DNA of 64,000 bases from Candidatus Calditenuis fumarioli (GCA_030059665.1 JANVYR010000002.1:32001-96000), one strand, 5' to 3'; numbered from the stretch's first letter, positions 35,987 through 46,069 are shown. Notes: generated by a model from the letters alone, not told the origin. Translations and numbers: made by a program.

Positions 35987-36541
35987 GTGTCCTCAAAAGC
36001 CGACCTCTTCGAACGGGCCGCTCGCCGGAACGGGATCTCGGTCCTCAGGGTCCATCGGCGTGACGAGTTGGTGGACGCGATCGCCTCGCTGGCCAAGGGC
36101 GGTGACCCGGTGGTCCTGGGAGGAGAGCTCTCGTGGCTTGAGCACCACCTCGGTCGCAGAGGTCTACGCGTGGTGCTGGCGGACGAGACGGAGCCGGTGG
36201 AGCTGCTGTCGGGGCCAGGCGCCGTCGCGGTCAGGGTAGCTTCCGGCGCCCTCCCGGAGACCGGAAGCGTGCTCCTCACCGGAAGCTTCAGGGTCCAGCT
36301 CATCACCACCCTCTCCGAGCGACTTTTGGTGCTGCTCGACGCCGATCTGCTCGAGCGGGGGATCCTGGTGGGCGACTTGATGAGGTCTGCCGTCAGGAGA
36401 GGAGGCCCACTCTACATCATCTCCGGTCCCAGCTCTACGAGGGACATCGAGCACCTTTCGGTCATCGGCGCCACGGGCCCGAGGGAGGTCACCTGTTTGC
36501 TGGTCCAGGTCGGTGAGCCATGGGCCTCGATCGCTCCGTGA
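35987..36541 (+). CDS. LUD-domain protein (LutC/YkgG-like)
   Basis: ETGSVLL, ISGPSSTRDIE....GATGPREV. Confidence 0.8.
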   Translation: MSSKADLFERAARRNGISVLRVHRRDELVDAIASLAKGGDPVVLGGELSWLEHHLGRRGLRVVLADETEPVELLSGPGAVAVRVASGALPETGSVLLTGSFRVQLITTLSERLLVLLDADLLERGILVGDLMRSAVRRGGPLYIISGPSSTRDIEHLSVIGATGPREVTCLLVQVGEPWASIAP

Positions 36542-38592
36542 GAGAGGTCCTCAGGGACAGGGGCAGGGTCGACCTCCTCTGGCGGGTCTTCCTCGAGACC
36601 CGTGACGCGCGGAGGGCCGGGATGTCCTCGATCGGAGGGGAGCTGCCGGAAAGGGTCATGCGGATCAGGGAGCGCTCGCTCGCTAACCTCGGGGAGCTGC
36701 TGGAGGAGCTGAGGGCCTCCGTAGAACGGAGCGGTGGCCGCCTTCACCTCGTCCGGAACGGGCGAGAGGCCTGTGAGGTCGTCCACGGCGTCCTGACGAG
36801 GAGGGGCATCAGGAGGCTGATGAAGTCGAAGTCGATGACCAGCGAGGAGATCGGCCTGAACGGTTACCTCGAGTCGAGGGGCATCGAGGTGCTGGAGACG
36901 GACCTGGGTGAGAGAATCGTGCAGCTCGCACGTCAGAGGCCCTCCCACCTCCTCGGCCCTGCCCTCCACCTCAGCAGGCAGGAGGTCTCGAGGATCCTCT
37001 CGTCCTGGATCGGGCGTGACCTCGGTTCGGATCCGAGGGGCGTGGTGGCGGCGTTCAGGGACGCGATCAGACGTTCCGTCCGTGGGTTCGGTGCAGGACT
37101 CACAGGGGCCAACGCGATCGACTCTGAGACGGGTGCGGTCGTAGTGGTTACCAACGAGGGGAACGAGCAGCTCGTTATCGGTATGGCCGAGGTCGTGATC
37201 TGCGTGGCAGGCATCGAGAAGGTGGTCCGTGGGATAGAGGCGGCGATAGACCAGGCGATGCTCCAGGCTTTCAGCGCAACCGGCAGGCCTCCTTCCTTCC
37301 TCACCGTCTACGGCCCCTGGGCTTCGGCCGAGGGAAAGGAGTTCCACCTCGTGCTGGTCGACAACGGGAGGCTCAGGGCCCTCGGCGACAGGCGGTTGAG
37401 GGAGGGGCTCAGGTGCGTCCGCTGCGCAGCGTGCTACAACGTCTGCCCCACCTACCGCACCGTTGGGGGTCACGTCTTCGGGGGAACCTACACCGGCCCG
37501 ATCGGCGTCTTCTGGGAGGCGGTCACGAGAGGACCGGATGCGGCCAACGAGTTCTCGGACCTCTGCGTCTCGTGCGGCCTCTGCGCCCTCGAGTGCCCCG
37601 TCGGGATCAGGATACCGCTGCTGATATCCCTCGTCAAGTCGATGCGCAGGGACCATCGCCTGAGGGACTGGTTGGTCGCCACCGGATACGAGCGCTTCGC
37701 CATCATCGGTTCGAGGCTTCCGGGCTTCGTCAACTGGATCTCAAGAAGCAAGACCTTCAGGGCGCTGCTCGAGCTGGTTGCAGGCGTTGACAGATCGAGG
37801 CCTCTTCCCCGGTTCAGGGGAGGTGACCTCCACCAAGTGTTGGAGCGGACGGACCGCACGGCCGCCTCACCGCTCGGCGAGGTCGTCTACTTCCCCGACA
37901 CGTTCGCGCAGCTCGTCGACTGGCGCATAGGCCTCGGTGCGGTTGAGCTCCTGAGGACGTTCGGGTACCGGGTGATCGTCCCCAGGCTTCAGGGGTCCGG
38001 GATGCCCTTCGTCCAGTACGGTTTCCTGAGAGCGGCCGCTTCGAGGGCGAGGTTCCTGGTCGACGCGCTTTACCCCCACGTCGAGTCCGGTAGGGTCGTG
38101 GTCACGACGGAGCCGACCGCAGCCTACTGCCTCAGGGAGGTATACCCGTGGCTCCTCGGCGACGAGAAGTCCGCGAGGGTCGCGTCGGCGGTCCGGGACC
38201 TGATCGCCTTCCTCTCAGAACACCTCGAACGCTCCCTTGACCCTGAGGGGCCTCTGAGGGGCCTTAGGGCGTACTACCACGTGCCGTGCCACGCAAGGGG
38301 CACAGGTGCAGAGGAGGTCACGTCGCGCCTGCTCGGGATGGCCGGGCTGGAGGTCGTCTCGGAGGACCTCGGATGCTGCGGAATGGCAGGGACTTGGGGG
38401 TTGAGGTCCGGTGCCTCGAGGTCTGGTCTCAGCGTCGAGATAGGGAGGAGGGTCGCGGGCAGGATAGCGGGTCACAGGCCCGACGTGATCGTCACCGAGA
38501 GCAGCGTCTGCTCGCTCCAGCTCTCGCGCCTCACCGGCCTTCCGGTCCTTCACCCCGTCACGGTGATGACGAGCTCTCTGAGGTCGGAGTGA
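36520..38592 (+). CDS. LutB-like LUD + 4Fe-4S + CCG-domain oxidoreductase fusion
   Basis: KSKSMTSEEI, ETDLGE, HLLGPALH, CVRCAACYNVCP, CVSCGLCALECP, YHVPCH, CCGMAG. Confidence 0.88.
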   Translation: MGLDRSVREVLRDRGRVDLLWRVFLETRDARRAGMSSIGGELPERVMRIRERSLANLGELLEELRASVERSGGRLHLVRNGREACEVVHGVLTRRGIRRLMKSKSMTSEEIGLNGYLESRGIEVLETDLGERIVQLARQRPSHLLGPALHLSRQEVSRILSSWIGRDLGSDPRGVVAAFRDAIRRSVRGFGAGLTGANAIDSETGAVVVVTNEGNEQLVIGMAEVVICVAGIEKVVRGIEAAIDQAMLQAFSATGRPPSFLTVYGPWASAEGKEFHLVLVDNGRLRALGDRRLREGLRCVRCAACYNVCPTYRTVGGHVFGGTYTGPIGVFWEAVTRGPDAANEFSDLCVSCGLCALECPVGIRIPLLISLVKSMRRDHRLRDWLVATGYERFAIIGSRLPGFVNWISRSKTFRALLELVAGVDRSRPLPRFRGGDLHQVLERTDRTAASPLGEVVYFPDTFAQLVDWRIGLGAVELLRTFGYRVIVPRLQGSGMPFVQYGFLRAAASRARFLVDALYPHVESGRVVVTTEPTAAYCLREVYPWLLGDEKSARVASAVRDLIAFLSEHLERSLDPEGPLRGLRAYYHVPCHARGTGAEEVTSRLLGMAGLEVVSEDLGCCGMAGTWGLRSGASRSGLSVEIGRRVAGRIAGHRPDVIVTESSVCSLQLSRLTGLPVLHPVTVMTSSLRSE

Positions 38593-38741
38593 GCGCCTCC
38601 GGAAGCCTGCTGCGGCTGCTCCGCGCGACTGATGCGAAGTCCTCCATTGACAACGGACGTCGAGCCGCGCAAACGGTCAACGTCATCGAGCTGCCGACCA
38701 AGGCTAATCAACTGGCATCCGATCCGGGACCCAGCAGGAGC

Positions 38742-40346
38742 ATGATCTCTCCCGGCGTCGCAGCACTGATCGTCCTGCTCTCCGTCGTCGTGCTCTCCGT
38801 CCGCTATAGACCCGACTTGATGGCCTTCGTGGGGCTTATCGTGCTGGTGCTGTTGGGCTCCTACGACCTGGAGTCAGCGCTCTCGTTCCTGGTCAGTCCT
38901 GCAGTTGTCGTGCTGTTCGGTTCCATGGCGATAAGCGGTGTTATAGCTGACTCGGGTCTGCTGGAACTGGTTTCCAGGGCGACGGTCAAGAGGATCCGGA
39001 GGATGGTGTTGGTATCGCTGCTGCTCTACTTCGTGATGGCACTGGCCGCTGGCTTCATCTCCGACGTCGCCCTGGTCCTGGTGGTCCTCCCCCTTCTCAT
39101 CGACGTGGCCAGGAGGTTCAACGTCCCGGCCGCATCATACGCGCTGTCCGCCGCGTTCGCGGTCACGCTGGGCGGCAGGCTGACCATGATAGGTAACGCG
39201 GGAAACGTCGTCCTCCTGGACGTATACAGGCTCAACACGGGCCAGAGCCTCGACATCCTGGCCTTCACGGTGCCCGCGCTGATCACCGTTCTGCTGGCCA
39301 TTCCCCCTCTGGTCGTGCTGGCGTGGTCCGCGCAGAGGCTGATGCCGCAATTCCGAGCCCCAAGCAAGAGCGTGGTGGTCATGGCGGTGCTGGGCAAGAG
39401 CCTTCACGGCAGAAGCAGGCGGGAGGTGGAGAGGGAGCTCGGGATCAAGTTCCTGGCGCAGGACAGAACGTTGAGGGAGGGCGATCTCGTCCCCATCAAG
39501 CTGTCGGTGTCGGACATCCCATCCCTACAGGTCTCCGACGCGTTCTCCCTGGTGACGTTGGGAGAGGCGGGGGGCGAGCACATGGAGTTCCTTATAGTGA
39601 CGCAGCGGTCGAGGCTTGTCGACAAGAGTCTTTCCATGGAGCCGATCCACAAGCTCTTTCCGGTCAAGGTGATGGGAGTAGTTCCGAGCAGACGCATCAA
39701 ATACCTCGAGGGTTACGTCTTCAGGCCGGGAGACGAGCTGCTGGTGATGGGCGATGAGAAGGCAGTGGAGTCCGTCGCCTCCTACTACAGGCTCGAGCGC
39801 TCAAGGGCCCCTGTCAAGTCCTTCAACCTGAGGCTCGCCGCCTTCGGGATAGGTGGTCTGGCGCTGGCGGTTCTGCTGAGCCAGTTCACGTCGACCGCCC
39901 TGGCCTTCGCCCTCGGCACACTGCTGGCGCTGCTGGGAGGGGGCAGAGCCGTCGAGAGGCTCTACAACTACGTTTCGTGGGAGACGCTGATCTACGTCGG
40001 TGCCTTCATCGCGATCGGTCAGGTGGCCTCCGAGGCCGACCTCCTCAGACCGCTGGCGTCGCTCCTCTCCCGTCCGGAGCAGCTCTTCGCGGTCACGGTC
40101 CTTTTCACCAACGCGCTGGGCCTCGTCCCCTCGGCCGTCCTGTTGGGACCGCTCCTCTCGTCCAAGGAGGCGATAAAGGTGTACGTTCTGGCGACGCTCC
40201 CCATGGTTTTGCCCTTTGCCCATCCCGCGATATACCTGGCCTACAGGACCCTGGGGATCACCTTCAGGGACTTCCTGAAGTTCTCGTTGCCCGCGACGGC
40301 GATCTCCGCCCTCGTGACGCTGCTCGTGATCTCATACCCCGTCTGA
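38742..40346 (+). CDS. SLC13/ArsB-NhaD (IT superfamily) anion/carboxylate permease with TrkA-C-like insert
   Basis: RPDLMA, GGRLTMIGNAGNVV, central soluble domain, PFAHPA; start moved to ATG 38742 behind AGGAG. Confidence 0.85.
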   Translation: MISPGVAALIVLLSVVVLSVRYRPDLMAFVGLIVLVLLGSYDLESALSFLVSPAVVVLFGSMAISGVIADSGLLELVSRATVKRIRRMVLVSLLLYFVMALAAGFISDVALVLVVLPLLIDVARRFNVPAASYALSAAFAVTLGGRLTMIGNAGNVVLLDVYRLNTGQSLDILAFTVPALITVLLAIPPLVVLAWSAQRLMPQFRAPSKSVVVMAVLGKSLHGRSRREVERELGIKFLAQDRTLREGDLVPIKLSVSDIPSLQVSDAFSLVTLGEAGGEHMEFLIVTQRSRLVDKSLSMEPIHKLFPVKVMGVVPSRRIKYLEGYVFRPGDELLVMGDEKAVESVASYYRLERSRAPVKSFNLRLAAFGIGGLALAVLLSQFTSTALAFALGTLLALLGGGRAVERLYNYVSWETLIYVGAFIAIGQVASEADLLRPLASLLSRPEQLFAVTVLFTNALGLVPSAVLLGPLLSSKEAIKVYVLATLPMVLPFAHPAIYLAYRTLGITFRDFLKFSLPATAISALVTLLVISYPV

Positions 40347-40755
40347 CCGGCCGCATCCCCTCCTGACGCCAGAACCCGATCGATCTGAGACCTCTAGGTG
40401 GGTCTCGGAGGTGCCGGGAAGGTTGACGCTCCCCTGCAACTGAGCTAGCTTAACAATCGCTTTCGTCCGATCTGACCGTCACCATGAGGTCGTATAGTTG
40501 GTGTAAATTTTAAGGCGACCCAGACGACCGGAATCATGTGGGTCTTACGTCCAAGAGGCTAAGTAAAATTCGAGGGCTCTGCTCCCGATCGCGTTGAGAA
40601 GAGACCCTCCGGGACCCCCTCATCCGGTCTGCGGTTTAGCCGCCATCAACCGCTCAAGGACAGTATCGCCTGCGTCTCCCCTTCCTGAACCAAAACCTCC
40701 TTCAGTAGCTTGGACACTAACTCACATGCCTTATGAACCTGTATTGCGATATGAG

Positions 40756-41817
40756 ATGATAGGAATGATCGGAGAAGCAAACCAAGAACATCTCGATTGG
40801 AAGTTGAGAGAGAAGGCCATTGGGCTGTTCAGGAGACTCGAGGAGATATCAGAGCTACCGAGGTTCCAAGGAGCGACAGTAGACTTCCACCGGAAGAGGC
40901 CAGCGATGGTTTTCATAGCGGAGAAAGAGATGATAGCTCAAGTCGAGAACGAAGAACTCCTGAAGTTCATCGTCGCGCAAGGCGTCCGCCGCGTGCTGGT
41001 GGACGCCCTATGGCCGACGAACGCGGGCGTTCTGAAGCAAATTGTCGAAAGCGGGGTCGAGGTCTGGGTGCTTACCCGGCCCTCAGCCCTGCACGGATGG
41101 AGGAAAAACCACGAGGGCAAACCAAGGGGGCTTGTGGATTGGTTGCTGAAGCACCACCCACAGGTTCTGGAGGGCTTCAAGCAAGGGATAAAGAAGGATA
41201 CATTCGATGCAATTCTGTTGAGATATGTGAAGCCGAAATTCATGCGGCCTATCTCGAAAGAGCATCTGACGTCCTGGGTTAGGATGATACTCTTCCGGAC
41301 TGCCAGAAGAAACTACCAACGACTCATTAATCAACTTGAGGCTTTCGGAGAATTGTCGGAGGACGAAAGATGGAGACTCAAGATGGCTGAGGACCATTTA
41401 GTGGCGGAGGCGTTGGCTTTCGTCGATATAGTAAGAACCAACTATCCGGGGATTGACGGGTTATTCACCGAGCTCAATATAGCAGACGACGTTATCGCTA
41501 AAGCGTATTGCGCTGAGGTGTTTCTAGAACTGGACGAGCGACGGTCGCCTCATAGGGCCCGGAACTTAGCAGGACTTAGATGGAATGATGACGAAGATGA
41601 CGAAGAGCTCCTGAGGGACGGGGAATTCTCATTTGCGCTGAACCAGTTAACGGCCAAGGTGTTTGGAGTGAATCCTCAATTAGCAAGAAAAGGCTTCCGG
41701 AAAAAGGAGTGGAAGACGCTGGTGAAGATTCATAGCTTCAAGAGACGGTTGCTGATGGGGTCAGGGCCGGACGCCTCGGCGGGGGAGACCCGGGCACGGG
41801 TACTCGGGGGATATTAA
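40756..41817 (+). CDS. Divergent IS110-family DEDD (RuvC-like) protein, copy 2
   Basis: GATVDFH / VLVDAL / KKDTFDA; coiled coil; Tnp-like LAGLRW without SG. Confidence 0.7.
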   Translation: MIGMIGEANQEHLDWKLREKAIGLFRRLEEISELPRFQGATVDFHRKRPAMVFIAEKEMIAQVENEELLKFIVAQGVRRVLVDALWPTNAGVLKQIVESGVEVWVLTRPSALHGWRKNHEGKPRGLVDWLLKHHPQVLEGFKQGIKKDTFDAILLRYVKPKFMRPISKEHLTSWVRMILFRTARRNYQRLINQLEAFGELSEDERWRLKMAEDHLVAEALAFVDIVRTNYPGIDGLFTELNIADDVIAKAYCAEVFLELDERRSPHRARNLAGLRWNDDEDDEELLRDGEFSFALNQLTAKVFGVNPQLARKGFRKKEWKTLVKIHSFKRRLLMGSGPDASAGETRARVLGGY

Positions 41818-41891
41818 ACCGCCCCCGCCTTAAGGCGGTGAGGCGTAACCTCTGAGCTTTAAACACCGGCCCGGGCCCCAAACGACCGAGG
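41763..41891 (+). ncRNA. Conserved structured element at the 3' end of IS110-like copy 2
   Basis: Homolog of 18407..18533 with covarying segments. Confidence 0.55.
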
Positions 41892-41908
41892 ATCAAACGA
41901 CCGAGGAT
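41879..41908 (+). repeat. Perfect 15-bp tandem duplication
   Basis: CAAACGACCGAGGAT x2, then partial CGAGGAT at 41912..41918. Confidence 0.9.
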
Positions 41909-42174
41909 GCTCGAGGATAATTACGCAGAGAAATAGCAGAAGAGATCAACCCCTCCCCTTATTTCTCTTTTTCCTCTCTCACGCTAAACTTTTTATGATC
42001 TGTCCTAAAAGCTGAGACCGGAACGACCAACGGAAAAGCGGTACCTCAGGAGTTGCGCCTGAGCAACGATATGATCGTGACGTACCTTCCTTCGGATGGA
42101 GGACAGAGCCCTCAGGACCGCACCGTAGACGGTCATGGTTGGGAGAATGTTGACGAAGACGTTAATATCCCCCG

Positions 42175-42762
42175 ATGTGCGTGTTCCTTCACGGATTGCA
42201 GGGAGAGGTGATCCTCCCGCTGGAGGGGAGGAGGTTCTACGAGCTGGAGATCGAGGGTTTCAAGAGGGTCCTGCCGATGATGAAGGTCTCCGACAACCTG
42301 TACATCGCCTACTTCGACAGCCTGGGAGACCTCGAGTTCCTCTCGCACTGCGCCAGGCTCCTCGCCCAAAGGCTCGTCGGCTCCGAGGTCCTGATCACGT
42401 CCGAGACGAAGGGGGTCCCTCTTGTCCACGAGATCGCCAAGATCCTCGGTCACAGGTACTACGTCATCGCGAGGAAGCGCGTGATACCGTACATGATCGA
42501 TCCGATCGTCGTCGAGTACAAGCCCATCACCAGCAACGCTCCGCAGACCCTGACGCTCGACGGCCGGTATGTCCCGCTGATCAGGGGCAAGAAGGTCTCG
42601 ATCGTGGACGACATCGTCAGCACCCGCGAGACGATGAGGGCCCTTGAGGAGATAGTCCGGAGGGCGGGAGGCATCGTCTACAAGAAGGCCGCGATACTGG
42701 TGGAGGGCAGGGTCTACGACGACATAGAGCATCTGGGGGTGCTGCCGCTCTTCAGGGGCTGA
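42175..42762 (+). CDS. Purine phosphoribosyltransferase family (Apt/Xpt-like)
   Basis: ETKGVPL, IARKR, KVSIVDDIVSTRET. Confidence 0.88.
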   Translation: MCVFLHGLQGEVILPLEGRRFYELEIEGFKRVLPMMKVSDNLYIAYFDSLGDLEFLSHCARLLAQRLVGSEVLITSETKGVPLVHEIAKILGHRYYVIARKRVIPYMIDPIVVEYKPITSNAPQTLTLDGRYVPLIRGKKVSIVDDIVSTRETMRALEEIVRRAGGIVYKKAAILVEGRVYDDIEHLGVLPLFRG

Positions 42763-42926
42763 CGGAGGATCCGTCCTCCAGGCTCAGAGGCAAGCGCGAT
42801 CCTTAGAGGTTCGGCCGGTCGTCCCTCCATCCGCGCAGCTCACCCGAACGGTAGCAGACTCCGGCCCAATCCTCAAAAGCGAAGCGGGCCGCATCGGGTG
42901 GGTCAACGAGGGGAGAGGGATTGCTG

Positions 42927-43838
42927 ATGGAGCTCGTCTTCCTCGGAACCGGAGGGGGGATGCCTACGCCGGAGAGGGCACTTCCCGCGCTGGCAGTGAG
43001 GTTCGCGGGGTCGGTGCTCCTCTTCGACTGCGGTGAGGGGACGCAGCGCCAGATGGTCTCGGCGGGCCTCGGGTTCCCGTCGTCGATGTTCGTGTTCGTC
43101 ACCCACCTCCACGCCGACCACTACCTGGGCCTCGCGGGGCTGGTGGCGACGCTCGACCTGCTAAGGAGGGAGGCGCCGCTCCGCGTCTTCGGCCCGCGGG
43201 GGACTGGTGAGGTGGTGGCTCGGCTGCTGGAGGCTGCAAGACTGGAGCCGGGGTTCGACGTGGTCGTGACCGAGGTCGGCGAGGGCGTGGTGATGGAGGA
43301 GCGAGAGTTCGTCGTGGAGGCCCTGAGGACGCGCCACACGGTTGAGTCCTACGCCTACAGGCTCAGGGAGAGGGACAGGCCGGGGAGGATGCGGGTCGAG
43401 TTCCTCGAGTCGATCGGCCTCCCGAGGGGGCCTCTCTGGGGCGAGCTGCAGCGGGGCAGGCCCGTCGAGTTCCGTGGCAGGGTCATCAGGCCCGAGGAGG
43501 CGGTGGATCCTCCGAGGCGCGGAAGGGTGGTGGTCTACTCGGGTGACACGATGCCGTTCGAGGGGATGGTCTCGTTCGCGAAAGGGGCCGACGTGCTGGT
43601 CCATGAGAGCTCCTTCGACTCGTCCCTCAAGTCAAGGGCCATGGAGGACATGCACTCGACGGCGGCTGACGCCGCGGAGATCGCCCTCAGGGCCGGCGTC
43701 AGGAAGCTGGTCCTCTATCACGTCAGCTCGAGGTACAGGGGCAGGTGGGAGGTGCTGCTCGAGGAGGCGAGGAGGGTCTTCCCCGACGTGATCCTGCCCT
43801 CGGACCTAGATCGTCTTGAGGTCTCCCTGAACAGGTGA
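42927..43838 (+). CDS. rnz: Ribonuclease Z
   Basis: LGTGGGMPT.ER, FDCGEGTQRQ, THLHADH, YSGDT, HESSF, HST, HVSSRY. Confidence 0.95.
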   Translation: MELVFLGTGGGMPTPERALPALAVRFAGSVLLFDCGEGTQRQMVSAGLGFPSSMFVFVTHLHADHYLGLAGLVATLDLLRREAPLRVFGPRGTGEVVARLLEAARLEPGFDVVVTEVGEGVVMEEREFVVEALRTRHTVESYAYRLRERDRPGRMRVEFLESIGLPRGPLWGELQRGRPVEFRGRVIRPEEAVDPPRRGRVVVYSGDTMPFEGMVSFAKGADVLVHESSFDSSLKSRAMEDMHSTAADAAEIALRAGVRKLVLYHVSSRYRGRWEVLLEEARRVFPDVILPSDLDRLEVSLNR

Positions 43839-44288
43839 GCGCCTCTGCAGCGTGAACGCCTTGGGCGGCCAGGTGGAGAGGTCTATGTAGCCCTTCAGCT
43901 GCGAGAGCAGGTCGTACACCACCACCGTCCTCGGCGGCTCCCCGTCGGTGACCCTCACCACGCTCCAGTCATCCCTCACCAGCAGCCTCGAGTCCTCCTC
44001 GTCCACCGCCTCGACCGATATCTCCTGGCCCCTCCTGGCCCTTACGACGATTACGTCAGGGGGTATCGAGCCGGACCCCTTCCTCGCGACGGCCAGCCAC
44101 CTCTCCTCACCGCCCTCAATCACCCCCATCAGCCCCTCGGAGGACGTGATGGGGCCCATCGGCCTCTCGCCGGCGAGCACCGCGCCGCACGCCCTGCACT
44201 TCCACGCCTCTAGGACCTTCAGCAGCTCCTGGTCGTTGAAGACGTTGAGGGCACCCACGTACAGGAAGTCGTGGACCTTGCAGCTCAA
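43806..44288 (-). CDS. Hypothetical protein, possible Zn site
   Basis: CKVH...WKCRACG; host-like codon usage. Confidence 0.6.
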   Translation of the reverse strand: MSCKVHDFLYVGALNVFNDQELLKVLEAWKCRACGAVLAGERPMGPITSSEGLMGVIEGGEERWLAVARKGSGSIPPDVIVVRARRGQEISVEAVDEEDSRLLVRDDWSVVRVTDGEPPRTVVVYDLLSQLKGYIDLSTWPPKAFTLQRRSPVQGDLKTI

Positions 44289-44290
44289 GC

Positions 44291-44965
44291 TCAGACCTCC
44301 GGCTCGAGGACCTCGACGTTCACGTTGACGAGGGACCTGAAGCGCTCCGCGTCCCTGACGGTCCCGACGATGGCTCCGAAGTGCATCGGTATCGCGAGCT
44401 TCGGTGATATCGCCTTAGCCGCCTCAGCGGCCTCCTCCGCGGTCATCACGTAGGTCCCGCTGACGGGAAGCAGTGCCACGTCCACCTGCCCCAGCTCCCT
44501 CATCTCCGGTATGAAGTCGGTGTCGCCGGCATGGTAGACGCTCACGCCTCCGATCCTGATCACGTAGCCCACACCTCCGTACTCCCTCGGGTGGAAGGGC
44601 TGACCGGGTGCCCTGAACTTGTTGACGTTGTACGCGTGGACCGCCCTGTATCCTATTCCGGCCACCTCTCCCGAGTCGCCGGGCCTGACGTACCTGACCT
44701 CCTTAGCCCTCAGGTCGCGGAGGGCCCTGCTGCAGTTCGCGGCCGCCACCACCGTCGTGCCCTCGGGGTCGACGAACCTCCTCAGGTCATCGGGCGAGCA
44801 GTGGTCGAAGTGGTCGTGCGTGACGAAGGCGACGTCCGCCTTCCTCCCCCGAGCCCTGACCTGGAACGGGTCGATGACCACCGTCCTTCCCCCTCCCTCG
44901 ATCAGGAAGCCGTCGTGTCCCAGCCAGGTGATGGTCACACCTCCGAAGGTCGCCCTGCTCGGCAC
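44291..44965 (-). CDS. MBL-fold metallo-hydrolase
   Basis: WLGHDGF, THDHFDH, YHAGDTD, IPMHFG. Confidence 0.92.
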   Translation of the reverse strand: MPSRATFGGVTITWLGHDGFLIEGGGRTVVIDPFQVRARGRKADVAFVTHDHFDHCSPDDLRRFVDPEGTTVVAAANCSRALRDLRAKEVRYVRPGDSGEVAGIGYRAVHAYNVNKFRAPGQPFHPREYGGVGYVIRIGGVSVYHAGDTDFIPEMRELGQVDVALLPVSGTYVMTAEEAAEAAKAISPKLAIPMHFGAIVGTVRDAERFRSLVNVNVEVLEPEV

Positions 44966-45008
44966 GTACCGACAACCGGATTCCTGAACTAAAAAGGCGA
45001 CGCCTCAG

Positions 45009-45272
45009 CTACCCGGTCCGTTCGCAGAGAGATTTGAGGAAGCGCTCGAGGCGCCTTATCCTGCGCTGGCCCTCATCGGGACCGAAGAGGAGCTCGTTGA
45101 AGCCCTTCAGGAACCTGACCACCTCGAAGCTCCTGTCCCATCTGGCCACCCTGCCGAGCCTGCACGAGACGTTGCCGCAGAGGAAGAGGACGGACCTCCC
45201 TACCCGCTCGAGCCTGACGTTCTCTGGCCTCAGGGTCGTGCCGCAGGGACAGAGGGGCCAGCCGTCGTCCAC
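45009..45272 (-). CDS. Small Zn-ribbon-like protein
   Basis: CPCG...CGNVSC. Confidence 0.55.
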   Translation of the reverse strand: MDDGWPLCPCGTTLRPENVRLERVGRSVLFLCGNVSCRLGRVARWDRSFEVVRFLKGFNELLFGPDEGQRRIRRLERFLKSLCERTG

Positions 45273-45322
45273 GTCAGTCCGCCAAAATCCCCATTAATAG
45301 AACTAGCTCGAGGGTAGGACGG

Positions 45323-46069
45323 ATGCTGGTCGACGTCCACGCCCACCTCACCGATGAACGGCTACTGCCTAGGCTGAAGCAGGTCCTCTCGTCGGCCAGG
45401 GCAGCCGGGGTCGTGCGGGTGGTGACCTGCGGCGTAGGCCCCGAGGACTCGATGAGGGCTCTGGGGATCAGGGACGGCTCCGTGAGGGTCTCTCTGGGCG
45501 TGGCGCCCTACGACCTGAGGGGCTACGACCGCGTGATCGAGATCATACGCCGTAACAGGCACCTCGTCGACGCAGTAGGCGAGGTAGGCCTCGACCTTAA
45601 GGTTGGGACCAGAGAGAGTCTGCAGGAGCAGCGGAGGGCCTTCTCCGAGTTCATAGCGCTCGCCAAGGAGCTGGACCTGCCCATCGTGATACACAGCAGG
45701 AACGCCGGGAAGCTGGCGATCGAGCAGCTGCTCGCGGAGAAAGCGGAGCGGGTCGTCATGCACGCCTACGACGGCGACGTCAGCGCAGCGAAAAGGGCCG
45801 CCGAGCGGGGCTTCAAGTTCTCGATTCCACCTCGTATAGCGACCTCGGAGCAGAAGAAGGCGCTGGTCAGGAGGCTCCCGCTGGAGGCGCTGCTGCTCGA
45901 GACCGATTCGCCGTGGCTCGGGCCCGAAAGGACCACGCTCAACGAACCCAAGAACGCCTGGTACTCGGTCGAGTGGATCGCCCGGATCAAGGGCGTCAGC
46001 CCTGAGCGGGTCGTTGAGGTGACGCTGCGGAACGCCTGCGAGATTTTTGGGTGGGACGACCTGTTGTGA
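45323..46069 (+). CDS. tatD: TatD family hydrolase
   Basis: DVHAH, GEVGLD, IHSR, MHAY, LETDSP. Confidence 0.92.
   Translation: MLVDVHAHLTDERLLPRLKQVLSSARAAGVVRVVTCGVGPEDSMRALGIRDGSVRVSLGVAPYDLRGYDRVIEIIRRNRHLVDAVGEVGLDLKVGTRESLQEQRRAFSEFIALAKELDLPIVIHSRNAGKLAIEQLLAEKAERVVMHAYDGDVSAAKRAAERGFKFSIPPRIATSEQKKALVRRLPLEALLLETDSPWLGPERTTLNEPKNAWYSVEWIARIKGVSPERVVEVTLRNACEIFGWDDLL

Larger units (their letters stand above)
40713..41975 (+). mobile_element. IS110-like element, copy 2
   Basis: Same left boundary, gene and 3' structured element as 17352..18590. Confidence 0.6.

Noticed and set aside
40350-40600. Small inverted repeats (GAGACC/GGTCTC, GACCCA/TGGGTC) left of copy 2
   Set aside because: 6-bp stems are expected by chance in GC-rich DNA, and there is no counterpart beside copy 1.
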